A stretch of 64,000 nucleotides of DNA from an uncultured virus (IMG/VR IMGVR_UViG_3300023371_000084) (IMGVR_UViG_3300023371_000084); one strand, 5' to 3'. Counted from the first letter of the stretch, positions 39,627-50,972 are shown. Notes: generated by a model not told the origin, from the letters alone. Program-made: numbers and translations.

Positions 39627-39910
39627 ATAAACTCACCTGCCCATAAATCTTCGTTTGCTCTCTCTTCTTTGAGCTGGACTTCAGGATGTCAATGATCGGC
39701 CTTTGGTTTTGCGGAATCGGCCGATTATACAGACCGCAGGCCGTCCAGCTCTTTGCCCAATCCGTTGCTTCCGAACTGCTATTGCCATATGCCAAACACT
39801 TATACCAAATCCGGCTCTGTCTGTACCCGCACAAATGCTGGCAATCGGCGCATTTCTTATCCGGCAGCTCGCCATACAATTCATGCATGGCGGCGATTTT
39901 GCGAACAGAC

Positions 39911-40117
39911 TTATTCACTGCCAACCAAATCCAAACCATCTACAGCGTAGCCGCTGGTTCTTCCTTCCAGTTTTACAACCCATGAGCCGCAGACCATCCA
40001 TGGATCGCTGACAACCTTCCACACCTTCCCCTTGTTAGCGGGCAAAACACGGTAGTTATCGTTCATCGTTACGAGATCGCCGGGTTTCAGTTTTACTTTC
40101 ATCGTAATATCCTCCAT
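39911..40117 (-). CDS. small SH3-like hypothetical protein
   Basis: LKPGDLV..., GGAGG RBS. Confidence 0.5.
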   Translation of the reverse strand: MEDITMKVKLKPGDLVTMNDNYRVLPANKGKVWKVVSDPWMVCGSWVVKLEGRTSGYAVDGLDLVGSE

Positions 40118-40780
40118 ACTTTTTCTGCTTTGGTTGTTGATGATTTATATAAATTTCAATCCGCATTTCGGGCAAAACAAAGCATCAATCAGATTGAACT
40201 GACCAATTGGGTTTGGCGCACCCGAATTGTAAAGCTGACATTTACAATTAGAGCATTTTACAATGGTATGAATTCCAAATCGGCCAACCCTTTTAAATGC
40301 CCGATCGGATGGAAGCAGCCCCTTTTTATTCATATGATCATACATACGAAGTGTTTCACGATACGTAAGCCATTGAATCCACGCTCCACAATCACGGCAA
40401 TACAGCCCCGTCCTTTTATTGGCCTGCCTCACTTCGATGTTTTCAGAATTGCACTTTTTACATGCGTACAACACTTCTTGCACCACCGCTTTCATATCAA
40501 CTGATTCAATTATATTCTTTCTCTCGCTTGTTGTCAATACTTTATCTGCTTTATTTCTTAATGTTTTTGACAAATCACGGATTGATGTCAACATGGGCAT
40601 GCTCTCTATGGCTTTCCAGCGCATCAAGCAGAAACTGTTTCATCTCTTCATTCCATCCAAACGGAATAAACTGCGATCTCGCGTCATCACCAAGATAATC
40701 GAGTATGGTATCAAGCTGACGAATCAGACAATGGGCGCTGAGATACTTCGGAAAAAATTCTCGATTGTACTGCTTGATTG

Positions 40781-41362
40781 TCATGATATCTTCCTTTCTA
40801 CAAGGCTTCGCGCGAACTCATATGCCTCATTCCTCGTATCCCATTTTTCTACATCGCCATTTTTGAGTTGAACATCTCCAAGATACGCATACCAGTGATA
40901 CCGATAATCATATGGGCGCTTAATCCCGCGCTTTTTCTCCTCCAGCTCCCATGTTTTTACCCTGATGTCGTCCATGGTGTAATGCGGGAAAACAAGCTTT
41001 TCTCTGAATTCCGTAGCAACTGGTTCCCAAGAAAAAGAATTGCAGCCACCAACATGATTGATATTGATAAACCCATGCTGATCCAGCAGTTTAAAATACG
41101 TGTTATACCCCATCATCATGAGTTGTCCGGCCATTTCAAACAGATTCATGTCAGAATTCTTCCAAAGAATTTCAATCGCATCGGCCATCGGATAGCAACC
41201 ATGCTTATCCCGATCATCTAAGCCGTCTCTTACCCGCTTCGCCACACGAAGAGTGCTTCTCCCGTATCTCTCCTCGTCAGTTGCTCGCAGATAATCAAGG
41301 AGCTGATCGCCGCTTTCAATGCGCAGCCACCAAGCCTGCCCATTATGTACAAATTTCCACAT
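40781..41362 (-). CDS. hypothetical protein
   Basis: ORF; likely start MWKFV after GGAG. Confidence 0.55.
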   Translation of the reverse strand: MWKFVHNGQAWWLRIESGDQLLDYLRATDEERYGRSTLRVAKRVRDGLDDRDKHGCYPMADAIEILWKNSDMNLFEMAGQLMMMGYNTYFKLLDQHGFININHVGGCNSFSWEPVATEFREKLVFPHYTMDDIRVKTWELEEKKRGIKRPYDYRYHWYAYLGDVQLKNGDVEKWDTRNEAYEFARSLVERKIS

Positions 41363-42013
41363 GAATGTAACACTCCGATTTTCATGTAACAAATCAGATG
41401 TTAGATTGCTTGATGCTATCAAGATACAGCTCGATATCTTCAGACAAGCAATACCCATCGCAATCTGTTCCATCGTAGTACACGGTTTGCTCAAGCAAAT
41501 TCAGCACGCAATATGATTCTTTCTGCTTATTCAGCAGATCAAGACAAGCTCGCAGCAGAACTACAGAGCGCTCTTCGTTTTCCATATTTCTCATCCTTTA
41601 TCAATTGGAATTCTCGCAATAAGCGTCTTCGTAAACCTTCATTTCAAGATTCTTTTTTAAAAGTCCTAATTTATACGGCATACGCAAATATATAGGCGTA
41701 TGCCGAAGCAGACGAAGCATCCGTTTTTGATATGGAAGCAATTTAATGCAAAAATATTCCTCAAGAAAAATATCCGGGTTTTCTTTCCAGAATTTAATCC
41801 GATTTAATTCCAACTTAGTCAACTCAAAATTCATGGATCTAGATCACTTCCGCTTTCCCAACAATATACCTTCGTCTCCCAACAATAGAAGCTGTATTCC
41901 AACAATACGACGCTGCAAATCAACAATTGCACTGCCTTTTATTCCGAATATTGTTGGAGAAAACATCGTATTGTTCCGAATAATACCGCTTATCAGAACA
42001 ATTTGTCGTATTA

Positions 42014-42325
42014 TCAGAACAATCCATCGTTCCCGTTCACCTTATAATCCCACTTCAAATCAGAAATACGGTTTGAACCCAGCCTGCGCAGCAGCGTCCG
42101 ATACCACATTGCCTCCGCTTTTTCGAACGAATCAAACGTAAGCCTCAGATCGCCAACGCCATACATACCCCATCTACTCTCCTGATCATCAAGACACCGG
42201 AACAGAATAACGAATCCTACGCCCATTGGAGTCATCGCAATTTTCTCCGAATAGGCACGGCCATGATTAGTCTGATCAATAAACGTACAAGAAATCTCCC
42301 TGTCAAGACCCGTATAATCGATCAT
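42014..42325 (-). CDS. hypothetical protein
   Basis: GAGGTG RBS. Confidence 0.55.
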   Translation of the reverse strand: MIDYTGLDREISCTFIDQTNHGRAYSEKIAMTPMGVGFVILFRCLDDQESRWGMYGVGDLRLTFDSFEKAEAMWYRTLLRRLGSNRISDLKWDYKVNGNDGLF

Positions 42326-42346
42326 AATTTCACCTCATCAAAGCTT

Positions 42347-42958
42347 TTACCACAAAAGTCGGTGTCCTGTTTTTGCGTACCATTCGCACCAGCACATATT
42401 AAAGCGATACGGGCTTTCTTCTTTTGATTTCAGATAATGCCCAAACTTTCGTTTTAGCTTCTTCATCTCGTCGTAGATTTCATGGCTAGGATAATACCAG
42501 ATGTCCATGTAGATACAATCATACTTCTTATCCGGCTTCCAATCAAATACATCGGCGCAAATGATCTTCACCTTATCATTCAAAGGAAGCTGATGCTGGA
42601 TGGCATCAATGACATCTTGAGACTTTTCAATGACGGTTACAGAGCGAACGTCTTCTACATCCTGAATCGCCATGATGATCATGCCAAGGCCAAGACCGCC
42701 AATGAGCACATCGCCATGCGCATCACGAACAAAAACAAGATTCGTCCTATGCTCCATAGGCGTTTCAGACATCATGGTTTCACCGTCGATACGAAGCCTT
42801 GCATAGCGCTCATTCTGCAAACCGGAAATCGCTTCACGAAACCCAATCTCCCTTTGGGTATAATCCATGATATCAACCTCAACGCTGCCAACCTTAATCG
42901 GTTTGAGGATATCGGCCATTTTCTTAAAGTAAGACATTGGTATCTCCTGCCATTTCAT
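42347..42958 (-). CDS. class I SAM-dependent methyltransferase (spermidine synthase-like)
   Basis: MMS.TP.E, VLIGGLGLG, VTVIEK, D.F.W, YD.IY.DIW. Confidence 0.8.
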   Translation of the reverse strand: MKWQEIPMSYFKKMADILKPIKVGSVEVDIMDYTQREIGFREAISGLQNERYARLRIDGETMMSETPMEHRTNLVFVRDAHGDVLIGGLGLGMIIMAIQDVEDVRSVTVIEKSQDVIDAIQHQLPLNDKVKIICADVFDWKPDKKYDCIYMDIWYYPSHEIYDEMKKLKRKFGHYLKSKEESPYRFNMCWCEWYAKTGHRLLW

Positions 42959-42997
42959 CTATGTATTCATTATAGTGTAATGCTGCGCCTATTTCAA

Positions 42998-43933
42998 TTA
43001 CTCAATTGGAACATGAATATACTCAAGAACGTCTTTCATCCCCAGACCCCCATTTTCCCATGGGCGCATGCAGTAATCCCATAGATTTGGATGCGTGTCC
43101 TTTAGTTGTTGAAATCGATTCGGCTCTCCATCCAAATGACACCCAAAGCCACAAAATACACATCCTGTCCTCTTACATTTGGTTGTCTTAAACTTTCCTT
43201 TTTTGTCCGTAATAATATCGCCATATACGGATGCGTAAGGAATCTGAAACCTATGTAAATAATCCAGAATATCATTCTCTGTCCAAAAAGACATAGGTTT
43301 CGATCTGGGCTCTCTGTCAGAGAATGCATTGCAGCCATTAACCAGCCAATCATTCCTGCGGTGTACAGATTCACATGCCATCGTTGCAAACATTGGCACT
43401 CTTCCCGTCTCTTTTGCAAATTTCTTGTTTGGTCGCTTTTTCATAACCTCGCAGCAATAATCTGAAATACGAAATGGCGCATCGACAAGATATGCATATT
43501 TACCATTTGAGAAGCCAAACAATTTGCTATCCATTTCGCCACGTAAGTATTTCGCACGCATTGAATCAGGATTACGCCTCGCTGTTGCAACATATCCAGC
43601 AACCCTTTTGCTGATCATTGGGTATCCGAACTCTTCTATTACTTTGCGGAAATTCATTGCTGGCTTTAACCATACTACGTTTGGGATGGATTTTACAAAT
43701 TCCCTGAGTTCTGGAAATTCCAGTCCCGTATCAATAAACACTGCCGGGACATCTGGATATATCCTTCGCACAAGGTCAAGAAGAACGGTTGAATCCTTGC
43801 CACCGCTAAAGCTTACATAAACCTTACCGTTATAGTGATTGTACCACTCCATAATTCTGGTTTGTGTTACCTGAATCTTGCGTTCAAGCGGCCATGCCTG
43901 CATGATTTTCAAGTCCTCCGATGTATATGTCAC
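42998..43933 (-). CDS. PAPS reductase-family (PP-loop) protein
   Basis: SFSGGKDS, DTGLEFPE, CC..MKK.P, RTGC.FC. Confidence 0.88.
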   Translation of the reverse strand: MTYTSEDLKIMQAWPLERKIQVTQTRIMEWYNHYNGKVYVSFSGGKDSTVLLDLVRRIYPDVPAVFIDTGLEFPELREFVKSIPNVVWLKPAMNFRKVIEEFGYPMISKRVAGYVATARRNPDSMRAKYLRGEMDSKLFGFSNGKYAYLVDAPFRISDYCCEVMKKRPNKKFAKETGRVPMFATMACESVHRRNDWLVNGCNAFSDREPRSKPMSFWTENDILDYLHRFQIPYASVYGDIITDKKGKFKTTKCKRTGCVFCGFGCHLDGEPNRFQQLKDTHPNLWDYCMRPWENGGLGMKDVLEYIHVPIE

Positions 43934-44100
43934 ATCGTATGAACTTGACTTTTTATATCACAATGAACTTATAAAGCTCAAACATTGAGCTATTCTGCCA
44001 CCATTAACAATTCTTGAAAATGACAGCAGAATACAAAAGCTCAAACTATGGAGGTTACAGCAATGCAAATCGACGATAAAAAGTCAATTTGATCTGTTCA

Positions 44101-44397
44101 TTAAATCCAAACGATGTCGCTCAGTTTGCAGAGTAGCGTCGGATATACCAGACATCGAACATCTTCATTTTGCTTCAAATCTTCATCAATCCACACGCGC
44201 TCAATTCTCACGCCTCGCATATAGGGAGATGGCTTGATTGAAGAAAATGTATGCCCATCTGCAAAGAGAACCCTTCTTCCATAAGGCTGCGCCTTATCAT
44301 AGATAATGTTTTCCTTGCCAAGCTCGTCTTTGACAATAGAAAATACCTTTTCTATCTTTTCTGCATTGTCAGATATGACCGCCCAATTGTAACTCAT
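44101..44397 (-). CDS. hypothetical protein (paralog of 46709-47038)
   Basis: shared KPS...RG.R...D...DIVWI pattern. Confidence 0.55.
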   Translation of the reverse strand: MSYNWAVISDNAEKIEKVFSIVKDELGKENIIYDKAQPYGRRVLFADGHTFSSIKPSPYMRGVRIERVWIDEDLKQNEDVRCLVYPTLLCKLSDIVWI

Positions 44398-44406
44398 TTA
44401 TATACC

Positions 44407-44823
44407 TCAACAGAAAAGGCCATATCCAACAGAACCAATATGCCTGCGCTTTTCATCAAGACCATGGAAATGAATTCTTTCCAGATCCGTCAAGACGCGA
44501 ATACTCAAATCGGGATCGACCTGATTGAGAAGAAATGCCCAAAGCTTTGCAAGCTCGTGTTCGGACGGCATCATGGAATCGTCGTCAAACTCAAAACCCA
44601 GAGCGACGATCTGCTCAAAGATATCGTCATCAATCCAGTCCTCATCGTAATCGGAACAGATACTTTCGATATCAATTCCGGTCACTTCCTTAATCCGATA
44701 ATGCGCTTCACGAACGTCTTCAATCGGCTTGTTGCTGAAAAAGACAAAGTTCACAGACTCGCTATGACCATCGTCAGACCAATCGCCAATGGTCATGTTG
44801 TACATATACCTGCTATTGTCCAT
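44407..44823 (-). CDS. hypothetical acidic protein
   Basis: IGDWSDDGH, GYGLF motifs. Confidence 0.65.
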   Translation of the reverse strand: MDNSRYMYNMTIGDWSDDGHSESVNFVFFSNKPIEDVREAHYRIKEVTGIDIESICSDYDEDWIDDDIFEQIVALGFEFDDDSMMPSEHELAKLWAFLLNQVDPDLSIRVLTDLERIHFHGLDEKRRHIGSVGYGLFC

Positions 44824-44844
44824 ATCCTTTTACCTCTATTCCAT

Positions 44845-45408
44845 TTATAAGTGTTTCTCCATAATACAGTTTGTCTTGCCAAGCTCATATGTCTTGCGCA
44901 CAGCTTCCATAAAGAGCTGGATACCCACGCCGTAATCTTCAAGAGGATCGTTCAGGATCTTCTCAAGAACGTCTTTGTCAATCTCCTTGGTATTTGCTTT
45001 CCTTGTTGGGCTGCTCTGCCCATCTGAATTGGTAAATCCAGTCACTGAGCTTGCGCTAATATGCATGATGGACAGAGATTTCAGACCATACATGAGATTC
45101 AGCCAAATGGAATATGTCATTCCACGATACTTTACGTTTATGCTGCCGCAAAGAACATCACCCTTTACGGATATCTGAACGGTGCCAATCAGTGTGCTAT
45201 ACACATGATAGCCTCCGTTGACGGCATACATATAAGCTTCTACAGCCGAAACATTTGAAATCGTACCCTTATGTCCCTGCCAATACTGGTAATTCTCATA
45301 TGTATATGTATAGGACGGGATATCGCCATACTCAACGGCAACCATATCTTTATCAGATCGGTACATAAATGGAATGGCTTGTTTCAGTTCTGCCTCAGTC
45401 ATTCTCAT
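44845..45408 (-). CDS. hypothetical protein
   Basis: ORF in operon. Confidence 0.6.
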   Translation of the reverse strand: MRMTEAELKQAIPFMYRSDKDMVAVEYGDIPSYTYTYENYQYWQGHKGTISNVSAVEAYMYAVNGGYHVYSTLIGTVQISVKGDVLCGSINVKYRGMTYSIWLNLMYGLKSLSIMHISASSVTGFTNSDGQSSPTRKANTKEIDKDVLEKILNDPLEDYGVGIQLFMEAVRKTYELGKTNCIMEKHL

Positions 45409-45583
45409 GTGTCTGCTCCCTATCTTTCATCCACAAGTCAAACAATTCACCGGGAGTAATGTTGGATTCCCTTGCAATTGCAATCAATCTCTCTGAAAAC
45501 GTTTCAAAAACGAGCGCAAATCTATGGCTTCCGAAGATTTCCATAAACCTATTCAGCTCATTAAACTGCACTGTTAAATCCAT

Positions 45584-46291
45584 TCAAATCACTCTTTCTG
45601 TCCATTGCTCGGCCATGGCCGCTGCAATACCGGGGAATGTTTTGCTCCTATTTCTGGCTCTATCTGTTGTAAACATACCGCGATGCTGCTCTCCGTGACG
45701 CTTTGAATATGAGCCAGAAGGACACCATGTTCTTGTTGGTTCAACAATGTCCGTAGGAGTAAGAGGCGGAACGCCTATCTCCCACAGATTTGTTCGCTTC
45801 GTGAATGGATGCCCAAACTGCCAAGGCTGAATTGTCTGAGATGGCTTTGGCAGATCATAGATACGGCTCGGCGTTGGATTCTCAATTACAATCCTATCGC
45901 ATGGCGCATGATAGAACTGCATAAAGAATGCCTTGGCTTCAAGCCCTTTCTGATAGCGCTCCTGATTGAGCACATGCCCTTTCCAAAGATGACGCGCACC
46001 AGCATTGGTCAAATACGTACACGGCGGAAAAGCAATGATCATATCCCAACGGCCATGCACAGCATGCCGCTTCCCATCACACGTTGTAAATTCACAATTA
46101 CCGCCAAGCAAAGGAATTACATCCTGCTTGATATGCCACTGCGGATGATCGCCTGAACAATCCAGAATGTCACAGGAGAATGCGCGATGACCGCGCCTGC
46201 GTAGTTCTATCGTAACTACCTGAGACTCCTCGCAGGCCACCAAGATATTGAGCGGCTGCGCAGGAGCTAAAGTATTTCTTTTATCACTCAT
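45584..46291 (-). CDS. C5-cytosine DNA methyltransferase-like protein
   Basis: LVACEESQ, SCDI, FPPCTYL catalytic PC, IENP, QPWQFG, K.T.LW. Confidence 0.8.
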   Translation of the reverse strand: MSDKRNTLAPAQPLNILVACEESQVVTIELRRRGHRAFSCDILDCSGDHPQWHIKQDVIPLLGGNCEFTTCDGKRHAVHGRWDMIIAFPPCTYLTNAGARHLWKGHVLNQERYQKGLEAKAFFMQFYHAPCDRIVIENPTPSRIYDLPKPSQTIQPWQFGHPFTKRTNLWEIGVPPLTPTDIVEPTRTWCPSGSYSKRHGEQHRGMFTTDRARNRSKTFPGIAAAMAEQWTERVI

Positions 46292-46409
46292 CGAATAATC
46301 ACCTAAGTTTGCTGTATTTCTGAAAGCGCATCACAAATAAGATGCGCTGACGGTTTCTTTCAAGTCCTGAAAACCCCGATACTTTGGGCATCAGGATAAA
46401 AGAAATATT

Positions 46410-46691
46410 TTATCCTTCTTTATGCTCCGCCGGGATGCTGAAATGATAATACGCATAGGTGTTATCAAAATCATCGTCCCTGTCATACAGATAATGCGGA
46501 TTGCTGATCAGCGCCTTATTCTTAAAGTCTTCACGATTCAGACCGCCTGTGCGCGTCAGGATGACAATCTCGCCATCTTCGATAAAGCAATCCCGGAAAC
46601 GCTCAACGTCACCCTCTGTAAGACCAATCAACGCAAGAATATCCTTTGTATCAGGGTTCTTGCCGAAAACCATGTTGTATAAACTGCCCAT
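46410..46691 (-). CDS. hypothetical protein
   Basis: RFRDCF, TRTGG.NR, DDDFD.TYA motif. Confidence 0.6.
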   Translation of the reverse strand: MGSLYNMVFGKNPDTKDILALIGLTEGDVERFRDCFIEDGEIVILTRTGGLNREDFKNKALISNPHYLYDRDDDFDNTYAYYHFSIPAEHKEG

Positions 46692-46708
46692 ATCACATTC
46701 ATCTCCTT

Positions 46709-47038
46709 TTAGATCCAAACAATATCGTCCACAGAACAGCGGATATATGGCAAGACATAAGCGCGAATATATTCTACGGTCAGCTCATGATCGGCAAACA
46801 GCCTGTGAAAACGATACCCGCGCAATTCTTGGCTGGGCTTTAGCCAAACCAATAGCTCTCCGCTTTCAAACGTGAGACGCATATCGTTCTTTGTCATTCG
46901 CCTGTTTACAACCTTGCCCCACACCTCTGTAAACACTTCTTCAATTGCAGAAAACGCCCATTCAGCCTTTTCTCTGTCTTCTGTAAGCACTGCGTTGCAG
47001 TGATGTGCATTCATACTCATATTTTTTCTCGAAAGCAA
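46709..47038 (-). CDS. hypothetical protein (paralog of 44101-44397)
   Basis: shared motif pattern. Confidence 0.55.
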   Translation of the reverse strand: MLSRKNMSMNAHHCNAVLTEDREKAEWAFSAIEEVFTEVWGKVVNRRMTKNDMRLTFESGELLVWLKPSQELRGYRFHRLFADHELTVEYIRAYVLPYIRCSVDDIVWI

Positions 47039-47061
47039 TATACTTTTTCTGTCTTGGTTAT

Positions 47062-47101
47062 AATATATCTCCAGACATTCAGTTTGTCAATACTTTTACT
47101 G
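47062..47101 (-). promoter_or_regulatory. sigma-A promoter with CAGTAAAAGTA motif
   Basis: TTGACA-17 nt-TATATT. Confidence 0.6.
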
Positions 47102-47331
47102 ATTTGTTTTTATAATATCAGTAGTAACCTCCATAGCGGAATGTATCAACAAAATGATACTGCTGCAATTCGCAATACATCTGGAATACAGCGCATCGCT
47201 TGCATTCATGATAGTCATGTTCCTTACCCAAGAAATGATCACAATGTCCGCACGCCTGCTTCAATCTTTCGTCCTTGTGGATCTGGTTATGATAGGTCAG
47301 CATACGCTCCATGCCAGCCTGCATATACTCT

Positions 47332-47973
47332 CTATTCATTTCTCTTCCTTCTTCCAATAGGAATATACTTTCTTTCCTTCTTGATCTCTCTTGACTTCAG
47401 GATGAACGAACGGAAATCTTCATAGTCTGAAAAGGTTACGTACTTTCCGCTATGAACATCGAAGCACTGCTCACCACGGGCAAGCTCGTATTCATTGGCA
47501 GAAGCGACGATATAGACCGTCTTCCCTTTTTCCTTCAAAACCAGATTGAAGAAATTCTTTACATCGACAATATTGTCAATGCTCATGCCAGAATCTACAG
47601 CATCAAAGAAAATCCAGATTTCAGAATCATTCGGCTGCTGACGAATCATTTTGCCCAAACGCCCTGCAAATTCGCCGATGTTATTGACGATGTTTTCGCC
47701 CTCGCTGGACTGCATCAGCTTCGCCATGAGCTTAAAGTTTTCATTATATCCTGCAGCACTAAGCGCTCTATCGCCGCCATCTTGGAGGTTATCATACATG
47801 ATAGCCATGATTTTGCGCTCTTTTAGCGATTCCATCATTTGCGTGATAAGCGTCGTCTTCCCGGCTCCATTGCAGCCGACAAGCACCGTAACACCGGGCT
47901 TGATCTCAATTTCATCGCGCTCATAGATATCGCATTCGCCATAATAGTTTCTGTGAATACTAAACTTTCTCAT
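47332..47973 (-). CDS. ABC/AAA-type P-loop ATPase
   Basis: GCNGAGKTT, SSEGE signature, FFDAVDSGMS. Confidence 0.8.
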   Translation of the reverse strand: MRKFSIHRNYYGECDIYERDEIEIKPGVTVLVGCNGAGKTTLITQMMESLKERKIMAIMYDNLQDGGDRALSAAGYNENFKLMAKLMQSSEGENIVNNIGEFAGRLGKMIRQQPNDSEIWIFFDAVDSGMSIDNIVDVKNFFNLVLKEKGKTVYIVASANEYELARGEQCFDVHSGKYVTFSDYEDFRSFILKSREIKKERKYIPIGRRKRNE

Positions 47974-48340
47974 TGCTTACCTCCGCATCATCAAAGAATT
48001 CCGGTTTGAATCCGTTAATGTATTCTCCATCTTTCATCACTCGGACAAGCAGAAAACTTGTGCAAACCCTGTCCATAAATGTAAGCTCACGATCCTGCGG
48101 AACGGCAACTACGTCGGCCATCTGCCTGATAAACGCGCTAGGGCGATCACAAGAATCAAGATAGTCGCACATTGCATCAAGCAGAATCCGACTGAGAATG
48201 GCATCCGTGTAATACTCAACGGGGCAGGCGCACTCTTTCGACATATACATCCTAATCCTATCCGGCGCTTCTTGGACTTCGGGATACAGGTGTTTCTTAC
48301 AGCACCGGACAATATCGGCTGTTCTTTTCATCATCCGCAC
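47960..48340 (-). CDS. hypothetical protein
   Basis: ORF in operon. Confidence 0.55.
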   Translation of the reverse strand: MRMMKRTADIVRCCKKHLYPEVQEAPDRIRMYMSKECACPVEYYTDAILSRILLDAMCDYLDSCDRPSAFIRQMADVVAVPQDRELTFMDRVCTSFLLVRVMKDGEYINGFKPEFFDDAEVSNEKV

Positions 48341-48782
48341 ACACCCTCATTTCTTCTGCTCTGACGCAACATACGACATGATGAAACTCTTAATTCTGTT
48401 TGCCTCTTGAATCTCGCCATTGTTATGCGCACGCTCTACATCCTTATGCGCAATTTCTCTCTCCTGATAAGATAACTCAATCTCCTTATCAAGCTTCTGC
48501 ATCAGCAGATTGACAGGTATGCAAAGTTCCATTTTCATCCTCCGGCTTTCATGTTCACATAGGGTATGTTCATGATTCTTTTGACATTCAAATCCTTATC
48601 CACGCGATACATAGCGTAATTGAACCGCTTTAAATCGTATTCGTGCTTTTCCAACGCTGTGACATCCTTGGCGTGAGCTGTAAGGCTCGCATATGCACCT
48701 TCAAATGTATCATGGATTTCAGGCGGATGAATTAGCGCAAACCTATCCGTTACCATGATGAGGATATATTTTTCGTCCATCA

Positions 48783-49103
48783 TTATATTGCTTTTAACTC
48801 CTCTTCCTTCTCTGCAATCTTCCTTTTGAAGTACGCATGAACCATGTCCACAAATTCCTCATCAACATCAAACTCGATAGGGGATGAGAATTCATAATGA
48901 ACGGTCAACGCTGCCCTATTCTTTGATCTGAACTTAAACGATGCATACAAGCTATTTAGCCACTCATGGCGATGACCGGACTTGTTTCTATCCAAATCAC
49001 GCTTACGATGCCACACGGAGCTTTCGATAGAAGCTAACGTCTGCTTCATCTCGTCAAGCTCTTTTTTGATCAGGTTTGCCTTTTCTAATTGCTCTCTTGT
49101 CAT
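48783..49103 (-). CDS. hypothetical protein
   Basis: MTREQLEKAN start; C-terminal coiled coil. Confidence 0.55.
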   Translation of the reverse strand: MTREQLEKANLIKKELDEMKQTLASIESSVWHRKRDLDRNKSGHRHEWLNSLYASFKFRSKNRAALTVHYEFSSPIEFDVDEEFVDMVHAYFKRKIAEKEEELKAI

Positions 49104-49602
49104 TTTCTTATCCCTCAAAAATTGACCTAGAATACACACGCTGCACATACCCGCATTTCTTACAGCGATAAACCCTGAGATGATCACACGGATTGCCAGA
49201 TTTATTCGTTAGCACTTTATCGTCGATCATCTCAAATTCATGCTTACAAAACCCCGGTATCTACCTCGAAGCTTACCAAGTACATATTGAGGGTTTTAAC
49301 ATCGCCCATCATGCCGTCGCAATGTTGAAATTCATGTATCGTCATTATAATCACCCAATATATTTTTTCTGCTTTATTATTTGGCGAATTATAAAATGCG
49401 AGCAATGAAACCATCACAATCGATGTTTACTGTAAGCCTGCATTTCAATGGTCGTTTTTTATCCGACAGGTCTTGCTCGCCAGATATCGTAAAATCCTGA
49501 TCTGCAAAATCGGAAAGGCGAACCGTTCTTATCCTTTCTCCATCCTCAACCAGAATATCAATCGCCTTTATTCCAATGATTTTACCCATATTTATTAACT
49601 CA

Positions 49603-49905
49603 TTAAAACTTGATTGACTCATGATCTTTTCGCCACATGCGCACTTCTTCATCCGTAGCCTCGCGGCAGTCTGCCTTTGCGAAACGGATGTTGAAAAAGC
49701 CTAGACCTTCTGCATAATTACCAATCCAGTTTTCCTCATCCTCATTGGATATGCAGATGAGCTCGGCATCAAAATAGTCGCGCGAAATATCCATCCCGGT
49801 TCCTTGATGGACGGCTCTCCCGCCCTTCTTGATGAACATGAGCTTTCTAAACTTCGCATTTCCATCTACAAGAAACTGCGGAGCATTGATGTACACGATA
49901 CCCAT
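49603..49905 (-). CDS. hypothetical protein
   Basis: GAGGTG RBS. Confidence 0.55.
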   Translation of the reverse strand: MGIVYINAPQFLVDGNAKFRKLMFIKKGGRAVHQGTGMDISRDYFDAELICISNEDEENWIGNYAEGLGFFNIRFAKADCREATDEEVRMWRKDHESIKF

Positions 49906-49914
49906 CAGGCCACC

Positions 49915-50364
49915 TCACTGCAAAAGCTGAGAGGCAACCTTGCTGACAACAGCCATATCCGCTTTCCCCTTCAGCTCGGCGGACAGCGATTTCATCAGCA
50001 GCCCACGATTCTTCTTCTCAAGCTGGATATTGAGCTGCAAGGCAATGCCAACGATAAGCTGACGGATCTTCTCTTCGTCGTCAATCAGCTTGGGCGCAAA
50101 CTCATCGACAATATCGAACTGACGAACATACTCCGCCATGGTTTCAACACGCTCACCGGGGCAGGTGTCGATCATCTCCTGAACAGTCTTCTTGTATTTG
50201 ATGAGCACTTCATCGACAAGAGATTCTGAAACGTCATCACGGCATCCCTTATCAAGCGCAACCTTCTTGACGGACGCAATGATATCGGAAAGTACGGACT
50301 TACGGAACTTTTCGCCGGACTTCATGGCGGCGATCATTTCTTTTTGCAAAACTTCAAGCGTCAT
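49915..50364 (-). CDS. GatB/YqeY domain protein
   Basis: L..EMI.AMKS..K.R, F.PK, G.LMK...LKGKAD...V. Confidence 0.88.
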   Translation of the reverse strand: MTLEVLQKEMIAAMKSGEKFRKSVLSDIIASVKKVALDKGCRDDVSESLVDEVLIKYKKTVQEMIDTCPGERVETMAEYVRQFDIVDEFAPKLIDDEEKIRQLIVGIALQLNIQLEKKNRGLLMKSLSAELKGKADMAVVSKVASQLLQ

Positions 50365-50897
50365 TATGTTGTTTCTCCTTTCATCAGGCGAAGATATTCA
50401 CCCATCCAAGAATATTCATCGCACACAGGCAAACGGCGCAACCTGTAAAAAATGGAATCACTTTACCATATACCGCTGTTTTCATATCGGCTGTATTACA
50501 AGACAAGCCGAAAAAAATATTCCAACATCCACATGCCATAAGAACATATGCCATTACATGATTCATAAACGCTTTTCTCTCCTTTATCAGATTGCACACG
50601 GCACGCCAACCGGAATGCCGCAAAGTGTATGCTGGACAAACTTCTGTTCTTCTGTTTTATATCGTCCATTGATCAGAGGAACACAAGCGCCGCATGTTTC
50701 ACACGCCCTTCCCCAATCGGCACAGGATTCGCACACGTTTTCATAACCGTCTGCCACCTTCGTATGATTTAGATCCGGCACAAAACGCTTTTCAGTCCAT
50801 TCCATAGGCTCCACCCTTCTTTTGACGATAAAACAGTGTTTTTATCTACGATATTTCAGTTTGTACGTCCCAAACTTTGGGGCTTTCAACTGATAAA

Positions 50898-50938
50898 AGT
50901 ATAACTCCAGACATTATATTCTGTCAATACTTTTTCTG
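50898..50938 (-). promoter_or_regulatory. sigma-A promoter with CAGAAAAAGTA motif
   Basis: TTGACA-18 nt-TATACT. Confidence 0.6.
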
Positions 50939-50972
50939 CATTATTTTAAAAGGGGAAATTATGCATTTCCCC

